From Lama glama (Eukaryota), in contig CM052836.1 of the NCBI GenBank assembly GCA_028534125.1, forward strand, positions 868,001-932,000: a stretch of DNA of 64,000 nt, read 5' to 3'. Below are positions 24,740 to 37,709 of this stretch, piece by piece (within the stretch, counting starts at the first letter, position 1; the number at the start of each line of letters is the position of its first letter). The notes below the pieces were generated by a model. That model was not told where the DNA came from and ran no database searches. It saw nothing but the letters and a program-made list of their open reading frames with translations. A program made the translations under genes and the position numbers.

Positions 24740-25675
24740 GTTCTTTTCCTGCGGCAGGGCTAACAAATGACCATAAACCGGGTGGCTTAGAACAACAGAA
24801 ATCTATGCTCTCACGGTTCTGGAGGCCAGAAGTCTGCAGTCAGTTTCACTGGGCTGAAGTGCGGTGTCAGCAGGGCCGAGCTCCCTCCGGAGGCTCTAGG
24901 AGAGAACCCTTCCTCGCCTCTTCCAGCTTCTGGTGGCTTCTGGCACTCCTTGGTTTGTGGCCACTGTATTAGTCAGCATCCCCAGGGGAACAGAATCAAT
25001 AGGATGTGTGTATGCAGAGCAAGAGATTTATTATAATGAATCAGATCACGTGATCATGAGGGTTGCCGAGCCCTGAGATCAGCAGTTGGCAGGCTGGACC
25101 CAGGAGAGCTGATGGCACCAGTTCCATCTCTAGTCTGAATCTGAAGGCAGGAGAAGACCAATGTCCCAGCTCAGAGACAGCCAGGCAGAGAGAAGAAATT
25201 CTCCCGTCCTCCTCCTTTCTGCTCAAGTCAGGCCTTCAACTGATTGGATGAGGCCCACCCACACAGGGGAGGGCAATCTGCTTTACTCCATCTACATACT
25301 CAAATGCTCATCTCATCCAGAAACGCCCTCACAGACACCCCCAAAAGCATGTCTGAGCAAGGACCCGGGCATCCCATGCCACTGCCAAGATGACAAATAA
25401 AATTAGCCATCACACCCACATCACTCTCATCTCTGTTTCCATCTTCCCACCCCCTTCTTCTCTTGTCTTTCCCAATCTCCTCTGCCTCCCGCTCATAAGG
25501 ACACCTGTGAAGGCACTGAGGGCCCACCAGATAACCCAGGACCACCACCCCACTGCAAGATTCTTAACTGAATCACATCACATCTGCAATGATCCCGTTT
25601 CTAGGTAAGGTGACGCTCAGAGGTTCCAGGGACTGGAATCTGACGTCTTTAGGGGTCATTCTTCAGCCTACTACA
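24740..25675 (-). mobile_element. MLT1-type (ERVL-MaLR) solo LTR, split by an MLT2 LTR
   Basis: ggtggcttagaacaacagaaat..ttctggaggccagaagtc on the left; cataaggacacc..ttcagcctactaca on the right. Confidence 0.8.
24965..25414 (-). mobile_element. MLT2-type (ERVL) solo LTR
   Basis: TG..CA termini (tgtattagtcag..aattagccatcaca); near-TSD gccac/cccac. Confidence 0.85.
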
Positions 25676-26399
25676 AGGGACAAAAAAAATCAACCCTGCA
25701 GCCTGAGTGAGTGGCTCTAAGTGGGACCTGGTCCAAATTCATAATGAACACCGACCAGTCAGTAATTAACGCCCTTCCCCACCACCAACATGGCCAAGAA
25801 GACAAAGACACACGATCTCGACTCCGTAACAAACACAGCTGGTCCCCTGTCAGATTCTACTGAGGACACTGCTGCCCGCAGAACCTTCCTGCAAAAATGA
25901 GCACCCCTTTGACTCAAGGCACGGACCATCCAAGACCCTGGGGAGCCATGCCTTTCCAACGAGGCAGCAAAATGAGGCGATGAAGGCGTGAAGAGTGTTC
26001 GTACGCAGCTTACAAAAAAAGAGGGAGGGATCTCCTTCCTAAACCGACCTCTGGCTCCCCGAACCACACTGTGCAGAATCTGAAAGACCAGCCACACCAG
26101 GCATGGGGGCTCTGCCTCACCCACACTCCTGCCACCCTCCCACCCCCAGCTCCAGACGCCCCAGTGCCCAGCCACCGAGAGCACACCAAGGGGCTCGGCG
26201 GGGCGAGACTCTCATCTCCACACACCACCCACTTCCTCTCCCTTCCCGTCCAGCCACCTGTCCATGTCTCCCATCAAGGGCCACCTCACCCCACGGGTTC
26301 ATCCTGGTGCCCCACACAGGCCAGCCTCACCTGACGGACGCGCGCATGGAGGGGGGTCTACTCCTGGGAGGACGTGGTGCTGAGCTGCAGCTGGCCCCA

Positions 26400-27104
26400 C
26401 CCCTTGGGCCACTCCCTGGACGGCTTCTGACTCCCGGCGTAGGCTCCCAGGGCTCCCTCCCCTCCAACTTCACGTGTCCCCAAACTTCACTCCCTGCCTC
26501 CCGAGGATGCCTCCCAGATGGTCCCGGGGGAAGTGCACCCCCCCATCCTTCCAGTTGCTCAGTCAAAACGTCAGTGCATCCTCGGTACCCACCCCACCCC
26601 AGAGCCAACCTGGCGGCGCGTCCCCTCAACTCCACCTCCAGATCAACGCCCGTCAGGCCATGCTCCCACCGCCGTGCTACACTCTGGCCCAAGCCACCAC
26701 CACTCTTCCCGGTTCACCTCACAGCCGCCTAACAGGGTACCCTGTCCTACCCCCTGGGGTCCACTCTCCCCAGAAGCCCTGCAGTCCCATCCAAACCCTC
26801 AGCTCCCAGGGCTCCCATCTCAGCATCCCTGAGTGTTGATAAGCTCACCATCTACCTACCTCGTCTCCTCCCACCTGCCCTTCCTCGACACCTGAGGCAC
26901 ACTTCTGCCTCAGGGCCTTTGCACCTGCTGTTCCCTCTGTCTGGAACACTCCTCCCCAAACCCAGCCCAGTTCTCGGCTTTTCTTAACCAATTGCCTCTT
27001 CTCAGCAAAGCCCTCTCAGGACCCGTTCTCTGCTTGATTTCTCTTCTTTGCACCCACCACCATCTCCCCCCTCATATCTGACATACTGATCCTGTCTGTG
27101 GTCC
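26400..27104 (+). mobile_element. L2 fragment
   Basis: Diagnostic cctcagggcctttgcacctgctgttccctctgtctggaac near 26910; C/T-rich. Confidence 0.7.
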
Positions 27105-27204
27105 NNNNNNNNNNNNNNNNNNNNNNNNNNNNNNNNNNNNNNNNNNNNNNNNNNNNNNNNNNNNNNNNNNNNNNNNNNNNNNNNNNNNNNNNNNNNNNNN
27201 NNNN
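27105..27204. other. Assembly gap (100 N)
   Basis: Run of N. Confidence 1.
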
Positions 27205-27290
27205 ATAACTGAGAAATTGTGCTCTACACGGGAATTTGACACGTTGTAAACTGACTATAACTCAGTAAAAAAAAGTTTAGAAAAAAAAGA
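27205..27290 (+). mobile_element. Extreme 3' end of a younger L1 next to an assembly gap
   Basis: ataactga..tacac..ttgtaaactgactataactcagtaaaaaaaa resembles the laurasiatherian L1 terminus. Confidence 0.7.
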
Positions 27291-28362
27291 ACACTATTGG
27301 GGTGAGGGCCCCCGGGGGACCTGTCCCTCCCCAGGTGTCGCGGGAGAGCCAGGCCTGCTGTCCCGAGGCAGGAGCGGGGCCCCCTAGGGGCCACACGCGC
27401 AGCAGCGCCGGGCAGGTGTGGAGCCGCGAGGCCTGTGCGTGCGAGGAGAACGTGCCGGACGCAGCAGAAAGCCATTTACTGAAAAGCTTGTTTCACTGGC
27501 TTCACCCGTGCACATGACAGCATCGCCACATGCCCACTCCTTCCAGAGAAAAACAGGCCTTTGTGGGATATAAATAGCCCAGCCAGATGTGGGAAGGCCT
27601 GCAGGTCGCTCCCGGACTCGGGCCACGTGCCCCGCAGCTGCTCAAACGGCAGCCCCCATTCAGCAGCTCGCCAGCAGGACTTCCAGGGGCGGGAGAGGGG
27701 GAGACGGTGGTCCCTCCTCCCGCCAGACCCCCGGCAGCAGTTCATCAAAGCCATCGCCGATTCGCAGGCTCGGCAGGCCCGCCAGCGGGCACAGGACACA
27801 GCCAGAAGGGGACGATCAGGCCGGACGCACCGCACATTTCTGTACCCACAGAAAACAGGGAGGCAGAAGCCCAGATAAGGGGCCGCCCGGACAGCAGGGC
27901 GCCGGGAGGGCCTTCCGGGGCAGCAGCGCGCTCACCGAAGCGGAGGGTGGGCTCCCCGCGCGGGGAAATGCGCTCTGAGCACGGAATCCCCTTCCCCGGA
28001 TGAGGCCCGGCGGCCCGTGGGACTGTCGGCAGAAACGCACAAACAACAGTGCTCAGAGCTGGCTTCAAGGCGTCCTCAAAGCCCATTCTCCTGTCCCTCA
28101 TCTGTGCCTCCCAGCCTGCGGGCTGGCGGTGACAGGAGGGTACCCAAACACAGAGGGCACCGCAGAGCGGTCCAGCCCGTGCCTTCCACAGACACATCTG
28201 CCGGGCCGCGCACGGAGCCATGTGCGCGGTTTCCGGCGAGCCTACCAGTCACACTGCGAGGGAAAGCGAACAGCTGAGGGGGGTGTTAACAGAATGTCAC
28301 TTAACCCAACACGTACCCAGAGCACAACTGAGTCAACGCATGATTAACCCATCGACGTGCGT

Positions 28363-28500
28363 GGGGGAGGGTGCAGCTCGGGAAGAGCACGTGCCCAGCG
28401 TGCCTGAGGTCCTGGGTTCGGTCCCCAGCACCTCCAATAAAAATAAATACATGAACGTAATTATCTAAACCCCCCCTGAAACCACCCCCCATATAATACA
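28363..28500 (+). mobile_element. tRNA-Ala-derived SINE (vic-1-like)
   Basis: GGGGGAGGGTGCAGCTC..GAGGTCCTGGGTTCGGTCCCCAGCACCTCCA + A-rich tail. Confidence 0.85.
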
Positions 28501-30934
28501 TAGACACGGACAGGACATCCCCAGGTCCTCACAGCCTGCCATGTAGAAATGCCGGCCGCACATGGAGCCCTCCTCAGCCCGTGCGGTGTCAGCCGCGGCA
28601 CTGGACTACGTCGGCCAGGCATGGCCGACAGCTTGGAAGCTTCTGGTCACTATAAAGGGACCCTGCAGATGGGCGGCGGGGAGGGAGGGAGGTCCCGGAT
28701 GCAGCCCTCTGCCCACCTCGGTCCTGGCTCCTCGGAGCGCCATCCTCATCAGGACAGGTGGAGCACCAGCATCCATGGGCGGCTTCTCAGCAGAGACTGG
28801 GCGGAGCTGGGCCCGGCCCTCAGGCTCTCCGGAGTGTCACAGTGGCTTTCGGACACACCGTTCTAACGTGCCTCCTTGTCGGCGGCCTGCTGTCCCTGCC
28901 ATGCAATCTGCCCCGTGGGCCTAGAGAGGACACGTTCGGGCTCATTCCGTGCAGGGATCAGCATTAGGGTAAAGCCAGTCGCGTGCCGTTTTTACATTAC
29001 CGAGTTAGTTGCAGTCCCTCAGGCCGGTCTTCAGAGAATCAAGCTCAGGCCACTCACCGTGAGTTGGAGCAGCGCCCGCGAGACCTGGATGCCCTTAGGG
29101 GCGATGATGGGAGGCTGTCCAGGTGACAGCCTCCCAGGGCTGCACACAGGAGACCAAAGACACCCTCCCTGGCCTCTGACACCTGCAGAAGTAATTGGCT
29201 CCCGTTTCAGTGTCACTCACGTCCACGGCTGTGCCACTCCCAGCTCTGCAAGATGCTGAATGCCACTTGCTAAAAATAAAGCATCCTTCGTGCCGACAGG
29301 CCTATCTCACACTGCAGAGCCCCTCACCTCCGGGGGCCACCCCGGTACCCGGGCAGCATGCGGCACGGCTGGTTAGGACTAAGGCCGCGGGACCACACGC
29401 CCAGACTGCAGCAGAGCACAAGCTCGCACAGTAACTCACTCTCTCCACTCAAGGTCTCCCTGTAAGCAAGACCGTCGGGATTGAAGAGTTCAGGTCTAAG
29501 GGGAAGGTGTCGCAGGTGAGACACAAAATCGTCCCCCAGGCAGACACCCACGTCCTGAACCCACCCTGGGAGGCCGCCGGGCCCGCCTGCTCCAGGACGC
29601 GGGGAAGCCTGTGGGCACGCGACGGCCCCACAGCGGGCACCCCAGCACCCCCGGCGGTCCCGCGTCTCGAAGCCGGGCCTCCCGGGCCGCCTGGTCCTCC
29701 TCTCACGGGGGATGCGCGATCCCAGCGGGCAGCTCCTCGCGGAGGCTGAGCTTGGTTCACGGCACATCCCAGGACTCACACCAGAGACGGACGGACGGAC
29801 AGACGGACGGCCCGCAGCAGCAACGGAAAGACACGCCTGCTGCGCCCTCACATGAAGAACCCACCGATGTGACAGTTCCCTGTGAGCTACTTCAAACTGG
29901 CATTTGAATCCTGAAATGAGTTGTTTCCCCTCACTTCAGTGCAAGCTGCAGACGGTTTTTCAATCGTCCTCAGCCTTTCCTTTTCAACCGTCTTCTGTAA
30001 GCGGACTGTTCATAACGTGAAAGGTGAGGCCAGGGGGAGGTGGGCTCCAGGGCCGCGGAGTCAGGGCAGAGCCAGGAGCGCGGGGACTGAACCCGGAGCG
30101 CCCCCGCTGAGAACAGCCGAGTCGGAACGTGAACGTCCCACACGCTGAACGCAAAAGCCGCTCCTGGAAGCCCCCTCTGACGCCAGCACGTCTGGACAGA
30201 CCGTGAAGGGAGGCCTCGTCCGGGACACGCAGCGACGCCTGCGGGTCTGAGCGGCCGTGCAAGCCCCTCCAGGTCGCAGGGTGCCCGACAGGGCTGGACC
30301 TGACCCTCCCGCCGCCCTGCTCCCCGCCACGTCCAGAGCTGCCAGCATGGCTCCCGCTCACTTTCCTAGCTCTTCTAGAAGCTTATTCTCAGGCCCAAAC
30401 AGACAGGGTGGCTCCCTCTGAAGCCTCTTCTCTCCCGGCTCAATCAGAGCACGTAAACACGACGGAAACTCAAGCCGTGTCCGGGGCGGCCCCTGAGCTG
30501 CAGACCGCCCCTCCAGGGCCACAGCAGGAACCGGAGCTCCACACCCCGGTTTAGGTCTGACCGCCAGGGAGTGAGGCTGGAGGACCCGGGCCGTGAGCCC
30601 ACGCAGGGGAGCGGCACCCAGGGTGGCAACGGAGGGAACGCCGGGAGGCCCTGAGCCAGCAGTCCCGCTGACACCAGGCGGCGGGCCCCTCTGCGGCCTG
30701 GCCCGCCCCCTCCTGCCGGGGAGCCCTGGGCCATCCCTGGGCCCGCACCCTCAGCCTGGCCCCCGCAGCCCTTCCCCTGCCCTGGCCATGCGGGGCAGCG
30801 ACGCCCTCCCACGCCCGCCCTCCGCCGCGGGCGCACCAAGCAGAGAAGGCCACTGGCTGGCCATCTCTGACAGGCCCTGCTCAGGAGCCGCTTCTAAAAA
30901 GAACCACACTCTGCAGGTGGCTGTCGTCCCCTAC

Positions 30935-31006
30935 CTGATGATCGGTGTCGTCGAACATTTCAGCAACGGGGTGCGGCTTCTTCCCAGCGCCTGCTGACGG
31001 CGGAGC
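30935..31006 (-). other. SEMA4D: Probable non-coding 5'UTR exon (72 nt)
   Basis: Acceptor cccctcttctcactctgtctcag and donor CAG|GTAGGG flank non-repetitive sequence. Human SEMA4D has a short internal 5'UTR exon (from memory). Confidence 0.65.
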
Positions 31007-32908
31007 CTGAGACAGAGTGAGAAGAGGGGGCGTGTTAGCAGAGCAAACGTGAGCCAGAAGCCCTCACCCTCCCTCCTACGCACGTGCGCACACACACACA
31101 CATGCTCCACAGGCCCCCGGGGCTCAGTCACGGGGCGCAGCTCACCTGGCCAGGTGAGACCAGATGCAGCATCTGAATGAACCGGGAGCAAAGAGTGTCG
31201 CCTGCACCCCGACTCCATCCAGGCCACCCCCCTTGCCCCGGGTCCCCGTGGCGCACGGACTCTGAGTGTGACGCCGGGGGTGCCGGGGGAGCGGGGCTGG
31301 GTCAGGCCTGGCCGGCCACGGGTGAGTGATGGTGACGTTACAGCAACACAGCTTCCAAGCAGGTCCCTCCGTCAGGGTCACGTGGGAGCGAACTGTTGCT
31401 GCTCAAGCTTCATGTTTCCACAATGTTTATGTTTTATGATATTACGGACGTAAAAGCCAAAACCAGGAAAAGAGGAGGGTGGGGTGGAGGAAGAGGAGAG
31501 TCAACACAAGGAAGGAAGAAGCCAAAAACGTCCCGGAACTCGTGAGGGTTCTGAACAACCTTAAAGCAGAGCAGGCCTGCGAAGCATCCCCCAGCTCCAA
31601 GGCTCCGGGCTCCTTCCTTCCCCAGGCTCCCGGCCTTGTCTTGGGGGCGCCCCGAGCCCCCACCCAGCCCCCCGGGCAGCGATCCTGCTGATGGCCAGCG
31701 GCCCCGCGCCGGCCCTCCGTCCCGGAGCCACTCCTGCATGCAATGCGCCCTTCCGATCGTCACGGCCCAGCCCACGCACCTTCCCTGGAAGCAGGTCCCC
31801 GTGGGAGAAGGCCCGGATGGACGGCCCGGCTGCAGTTTCGGGGCCCAGGTGGCTGCAGCCCGCAGCCCGGCAGCTGCGCGGCCACCACCACAACAGACCC
31901 GCTCCCTGCAGAGCTCAGCCCGGCAGCCTTGCCTGCACTGGCCCTGCGATCGGTGGTGGACCTCCCTCTGTGACCCCGAAAGGGCTCCCTGCACGTGAGT
32001 CGGACAAGACAGAAGCCCCCGCTCACCCGGGGCAGCGCGAGACACAGGCCCCCGAGTTCCGCTCTGTGCCTCCTCACAGATTAATCGGAGCAAAACATGT
32101 TACCCAACTCGGGTCCAGCTCCTCCCTTCCCCCAGACCTCCCTCCTCCCACCGCCAGGCTGAGCCCCTGGGACGGCCCCCCTGAGAGCAGCTGGCCTTGG
32201 GGGGCACACCCTCCGATCCACCACCCGCTCACTCCAGTCCTCCACCCGCTGCCGCACACCCGGGTCCTCGGCCTCGTCTACACCACCCTGCAAAGGAAAA
32301 CCCGTTTCCCTGGCCCCTAACGTGCTTGGTGATTTCACGGTCACACGTCTCTCCACCGCAGAAGTCCCCTCCCGGCTCCCCTACAAGAATCCCTCCTGAT
32401 AGACCCTCTTCTTCCTGAGTCTGGTATCCTTTTCCGTTTGACAACTGATCGCAAACGACTTGAAGCCCAGAGCACGTGGGCCTGATGGAGAGTTGAGACC
32501 TCTGGCTTCCACCACCGTGAAGCCTCACAAGGTTCCGTACGGTCCCACCAGTTCAGGGGCAGTTCAGGCGGGCAAGAGAAACGGGGGGAGCAACGTCAAA
32601 GGAAGACCCCAGCCCTCACACACGCCCAGTGTCCCCCACACTGAGGAAAACCCAGCCCTTCCTTGGAGGCATCAAACAGGACCCTCTGCTTAAGCCGACA
32701 CCCCTCCAAAGGCGGGCAGGGCTCCGAGAGCCACCGGAAGCATGACACACAGCGTTCCAGGACCCCTGCGCCCCACACCCCTGCAGGGAGACAAACGCCC
32801 GGCGGGAACGCTGCCTACCACCACCACCACCACACACTGGCCCTCGTGCTCCGGGGGGTCGCCCCCGAGCCGGTCAGTGCTCTCCTGAAGGCTGAAGACT
32901 CCCTTCTC

Positions 32909-33054
32909 GGGGGGGGGGCGCAGCTCAGAGGTAGAGCGCACGCTTAGCATGCACGAGGTCCTGGCTTCAATCCCCAGTGCTTCCATTAAAAGAAAAACAT
33001 ACTTACCTCTCCCTCTAAAAAAAACCACAAAAAACGAACCAAAAAACAAAATAC
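32909..33054 (+). mobile_element. tRNA-Ala-derived SINE (vic-1-like) with TSD
   Basis: tRNA-Ala-like head with A/B boxes and A-rich tail; TSD aagactcccttctc (32895-32908) / aagactctctaatc (33055-33068). Confidence 0.9.
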
Positions 33055-35179
33055 AAGACTCTCTAATCATGCTGCAAGCAAATGTGTGAAATGAAACGTG
33101 CCTCTCGCTGGTAGTCAGAAAAATGCAAATGAACACAAGATGTCCTTCTCCCCCCACAGAACTGACAAAGGGAAAGCGCTAAGGCTCAGCGGCGGTGGGG
33201 CGGGGTGAGCCCCCCCGCTGTCTGGCCACGCGTGACGGGGAGGAGCTGGGACGGGCACCCACACAGAGACGGTCTCGTCCAGCGGACGCTCACCAGCGTA
33301 ACACTAAGACGTTCCCAGAGACAGGATTCAACTCGTGCCGTCATAGAAAGGACCAGACGGCACCGGAGAGCGGGCCTGCGTCGCCCTGGGCACACGGCCC
33401 TGGGCAGACGCTGCAGTTCTGAGTCACACGTAGCTCCTCGGCCCACCAGGGAGGGAGCGGGAGGCACGTCGACACACGAGGAGGCCATCAAGAACAAACC
33501 CCGAAGCACGGCCTTCACCTGGGTCCCCTCCTACCCTGGGCAGAGGCACGGGGCAGAAACCACGGTGTCCACACCCCAGAGGGAGTCCCGGGTGGGCCTG
33601 GGATCAGCGCTTCTTCAGCGACACGTGAATTAGCGGAGCAGATCTATCAGAAAGGGAGGGTGTGCTTCAGCAAATTGCTCTTCCCAGCAGCTGATTAAAC
33701 TCGGAGTGGGTCGGGAAGGGACACCCTCGGGCTCTGCTGGGACCACACACGCCCCACCTGGGACATCATCTGCGTAGCCGAAGGGAAATGCGTAGAAATC
33801 GCCCAGCACCACTGGGCTTGAATCCCTGAACCTGGTTTCTCATGAATGCAGGTGCTGGGACGTCCCACTCCCTTCCCTCCAAAACTCCGATACGGAGCCG
33901 GAATTCCTCGCAAATTAAGGTCATCCACGTATGTCATTTACGATGGGAAAACCTGCAAAGCTGGCTTCTGCAGGTGCGTGGGGACTCTGAGGAAGGGGTC
34001 CCCACTCTCCCCCCATGACAGCACTGATGTGTCCAGCAACAGGCAACCACCCGACAGGACGTGGAGACGCTGCGGACCCGTGATTCGAGAGCTGTTTCCT
34101 CCATAAGGCAGGCCTTCCTTTGTACCCCAATAGAATGCCTTAAATCTGAAGGAGAATGCACCCACGTACCAGTTGGCAGGAAACAAGAAAAGCCGATCAT
34201 TCAAAACCACAGGCCAGCGACACCCTGAACTGAACGCTGCCCGCGGCCACTTCCAAAGGCACCAGCGGCCCCTCCTGAGCTGCAGATCCTGACAGCAGCC
34301 GTCCTTCCCCCGACAGTCTAGTCCTCTTGGTGGACGGGGTCCGTCTCTGTTCAGCGGGGCTACGCGGGGGATTTCCCCGATCCAGTCTTGACCTTCTTCT
34401 TTCTGCTCAAGGTCACAGCCACCTGCCCACTGTGGTTGGTTTCGGCAGCAGGCAGAGGCCTCTCCCCACGTGCTGAGAGAGGGGGAAAAGCCAGGGTCAC
34501 CAGCATGAGCGCCCCACGAGGGAGCCTGGCCTCGCTAGGGGCCAGGGTCAGCCTTCACACGGGGAAGCTGTGCTGCAGGTCTGCTGGGGACCCGGGGTGC
34601 CAGGGCGGCCTCGGCCTCCCCGGAACAGGCAGGGTCGAGTCCTGGCCGCTACACGCCGTGGCTGAGGGTCCTGCTCTCTGCTCACGCTCACGATTACTGT
34701 GCAAGCCCGCTGGCACCGGCTCCCTTCCTTACTCAGTGTGTGTCTGCCCTTGGCCCTGCGCCCGCTCCACAGCTGTGAACATCTGGCCCGCTCCACACCA
34801 CACGGGACAAGTGACAACTGACCGGTACCCGCTGACCGGCCTGGCAGGCCACACAGCACCAGCCCAGGAAGAGGATTTCTTTTCAAAGTATCACTGAAGA
34901 GCCGCCTTCTGGCACAGAAAAGACCGGGAACTCCACACATGAAGCGCCCACCCGCCCTCCGTGACCAGATTTTCGCCCACATCCCACAAAGGACAGACAG
35001 GAGGAGGCGCCGGAGGCCGCTGGGACCAGCACCGCCCGGTGAGGAGGGCTGGCGGCTCAGCCAAGGGGCGCGTGGTCGTTAAAAGATTAAAACGACTGTG
35101 TGTTTAAAATGTTACTTAATAACTCACTACTCATGACGTGTTACAATACCTTCAAAGAAGAAGTCAAAGAACCGCAAAA

Positions 35180-35370
35180 TGATGCAGCGTTGGCCAAGGG
35201 AGGAGGGGGCGAGACTGCTCGGTGGCACGGGGGTCCTTCTGGGGTGATGAAAAGGCCGCAGACACAGGTGGTGGCTGCACGCACCTGTGAATGTGCTAAA
35301 TGCCGCTGAGCTGCTCACTGTGCTGTGGCTAATTTTATGTGAACTTCAGCTCAATTTAAAAAATACAGAA
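35180..35370 (+). mobile_element. Old L1 3' fragment
   Basis: ttctggggtgatgaaaa..ggtggtggctgcac..gtgaatgtgctaaatgccgctgagctg. Confidence 0.6.
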
Positions 35371-37709
35371 TAAAGGAATATTGAATTTCCAACCAGCACA
35401 AAACTGGCTTTTTCTGTGGCAGATCAACTGCTTGGCCACTACACAGAATTCGTCTGCCCATCTAGAGCGAGGCTGGTCTGCACGGCTGGCAGTTCTGCAC
35501 AACTGAGGGCTGTACCACGACCCACGAGCCCCAGAGGCCCCCACGTTCCACCCAAAGACCGCTCATTCGGAGGTCCAAAGCAGACCGAAGGGAGGGCAGA
35601 GCTGTGAGATTTGGGAGGGGAGGGGGCTTGGGACCCGGCAATGGTGCGGAGTGAGACGCAGAGTGAAGTGGTGCCCAGGGGAACCATGCATCTCCAGAGG
35701 GAAGCGGGCGATGGCGGGAGAGCTGGGGAACGGGGAGCTGGAGGTTCGCCCCTGACAGAGAGGAAGGGATGGGGGTCCCGGGGCACCGCTGTCCAGGGAG
35801 AGCCCGGCAGTGTCTCAGGAGTCCCTCCCAGGCTGAGGGACGCTCCCAGCACCAACGGAGCCCACACACACAATGCTGAAGCACACGAACAAAACAGGAC
35901 TCCCCCCCGACTCAAACAGGACACCATCGTGGTCCCTTAGCTCTGGGCTCACAGAGCCTTGGAAGTAAGTAACAGGGACGCCCATTCACTTTCAGAAACG
36001 CCTTTTCTTTCTGCCAAACTGGAATTCTTTCCAGGGTTCCTCAAACATCTCTAGGAACCCCTAATGTCAGAGGCGGGGGGCTGCCTCGGGCCTTCTCCTT
36101 CTTTAAAAACAAAAAACCACTGCTCTGGAAGCCACACGCGTTTACCCCAGTCTGCGCCCCCCCAAGACCCCGTCCCGCCTGCACGAGCCTGCTCTGACAC
36201 GCCGATGCCAAGTGGACCATGCCTCACAGGCCAGAGCCCTGACCTCACTCCAGGGGCACACGCTTACCGGAGAGGGCACCAGGGACTCTGAGGTTCCTTC
36301 TGCACGGAACACACGCAGTGCCGTGCCGAGCGCGCACGTGCTTCCTTCCGCACGAGGCCACGCTCGGGAAATGTCTGTCTCACGGTGGGGCTGGTCAGAG
36401 GCGTGCACGGCGATGAGTGTGGAGTGATCCACACGCATGTGACCCGTCCCCGGACAGCGCACGGCAGCGTGTGCGCTCCTGACCGTTGGTGTTTTCGGGT
36501 GAGTTCTGTTTCTGAGCGAAGCCCAGGGAGGTGGCCGCCGGCCCCAGGAACTCCTCTCTGGGCTCCCAGGACGATGACACACGAGAGCCACGTCAGTTAC
36601 CGGACCCTCTGCAAGGCTGCGGCTCCACGTCCACTGCCCTCCTGCTACTACGGAACGAGGTCCTCAGCCCCCGGCTCCAGAAGGCACGGCCCAGCGAGGG
36701 TTTCGTAACTCTTTTACAAACAATCAGAACAGATACTAAAATGTCACCAAACTCCTGGAAAAACCTGAACGATTAATCTGCAGAGCTGACAGCAGAGGTG
36801 AGGACTAACAGGGGCTCCCCTTCTTAGCGGTCAGAGCTGAAAACTCCCAGGGAAAAGGAATGCGCGTTCTTCCACCTGGCGTCCTCCACCCACACCCCGC
36901 GCCTGCAGACACAGAGACAAGGACGCGGGAACTTCCGGGCGGGGGTGGGGGGGCGCCTCCACGCATTTTACCTCCTCCCAGCCTGGCTGTCAATCTTCTG
37001 AGACCTCAGAACTCGGTGGCTTTGTGACCCCCCGCGGGGTGACCCCCGCCCCGCCCAAAGCACCATGCTAGCGATCGGCTCCTACAATTCAGCCCCGAAG
37101 GAGGCTAGGGCTGCGAGCGTTACAAGGATGTGGACCCAGACTCTCTCTGGAGGACGGGCTGCTTTTAATTCCCCTCCTTTCCGTACTTCCTACAGTAACG
37201 TGTGCTGCTTTTATGTTAAGGGGGGAATCACACCTGCGAGAGTTACGATTTCTGCAAGGCTAGGACCCACCCCACATCCCCCATCCGGAAACAGCCCTCC
37301 CCACACCTGAGCTGCCCCGGCGGCCCCTCACCTGGATTCCCTGGCCGGCCACAGCCTGCGGCAGACGAGCAGCATCAGGACAGACTGGGCTGCCACAGGA
37401 CCGTGGCCCAGTGACCAGTCCAGGGCGGTCGCCGCGCCGGGCCCGGCCGTCCAAAACACTCGCCGTCACTAGGAAAACTGTTTCCCACAACCGTGCCGGG
37501 GTCTGCGCAGGGCGGAGCTCCACTCTGCTTGTGACAGGTATTTCCAAACCCTTCTGCTTTTGTAAAAACCTATTTTCTTTCTCTGGCTCATCCTAAAGCC
37601 CCGTGTGACACAGGTTTTTTAATTAAATGGAGCAAAATTAATCTTGCGTGATGAACGACTAAACAACTCTGACCCTTCCCCTCGCTTAGGAAGATGTCAA
37701 GTATCAGAG

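Noticed and set aside
32909-32986. tRNA-Ala-like sequences here and at five other sites
   Set aside because: Mismatched stems, a shared non-tRNA tail, poly(A) and TSDs show they are SINEs, not tRNA genes.
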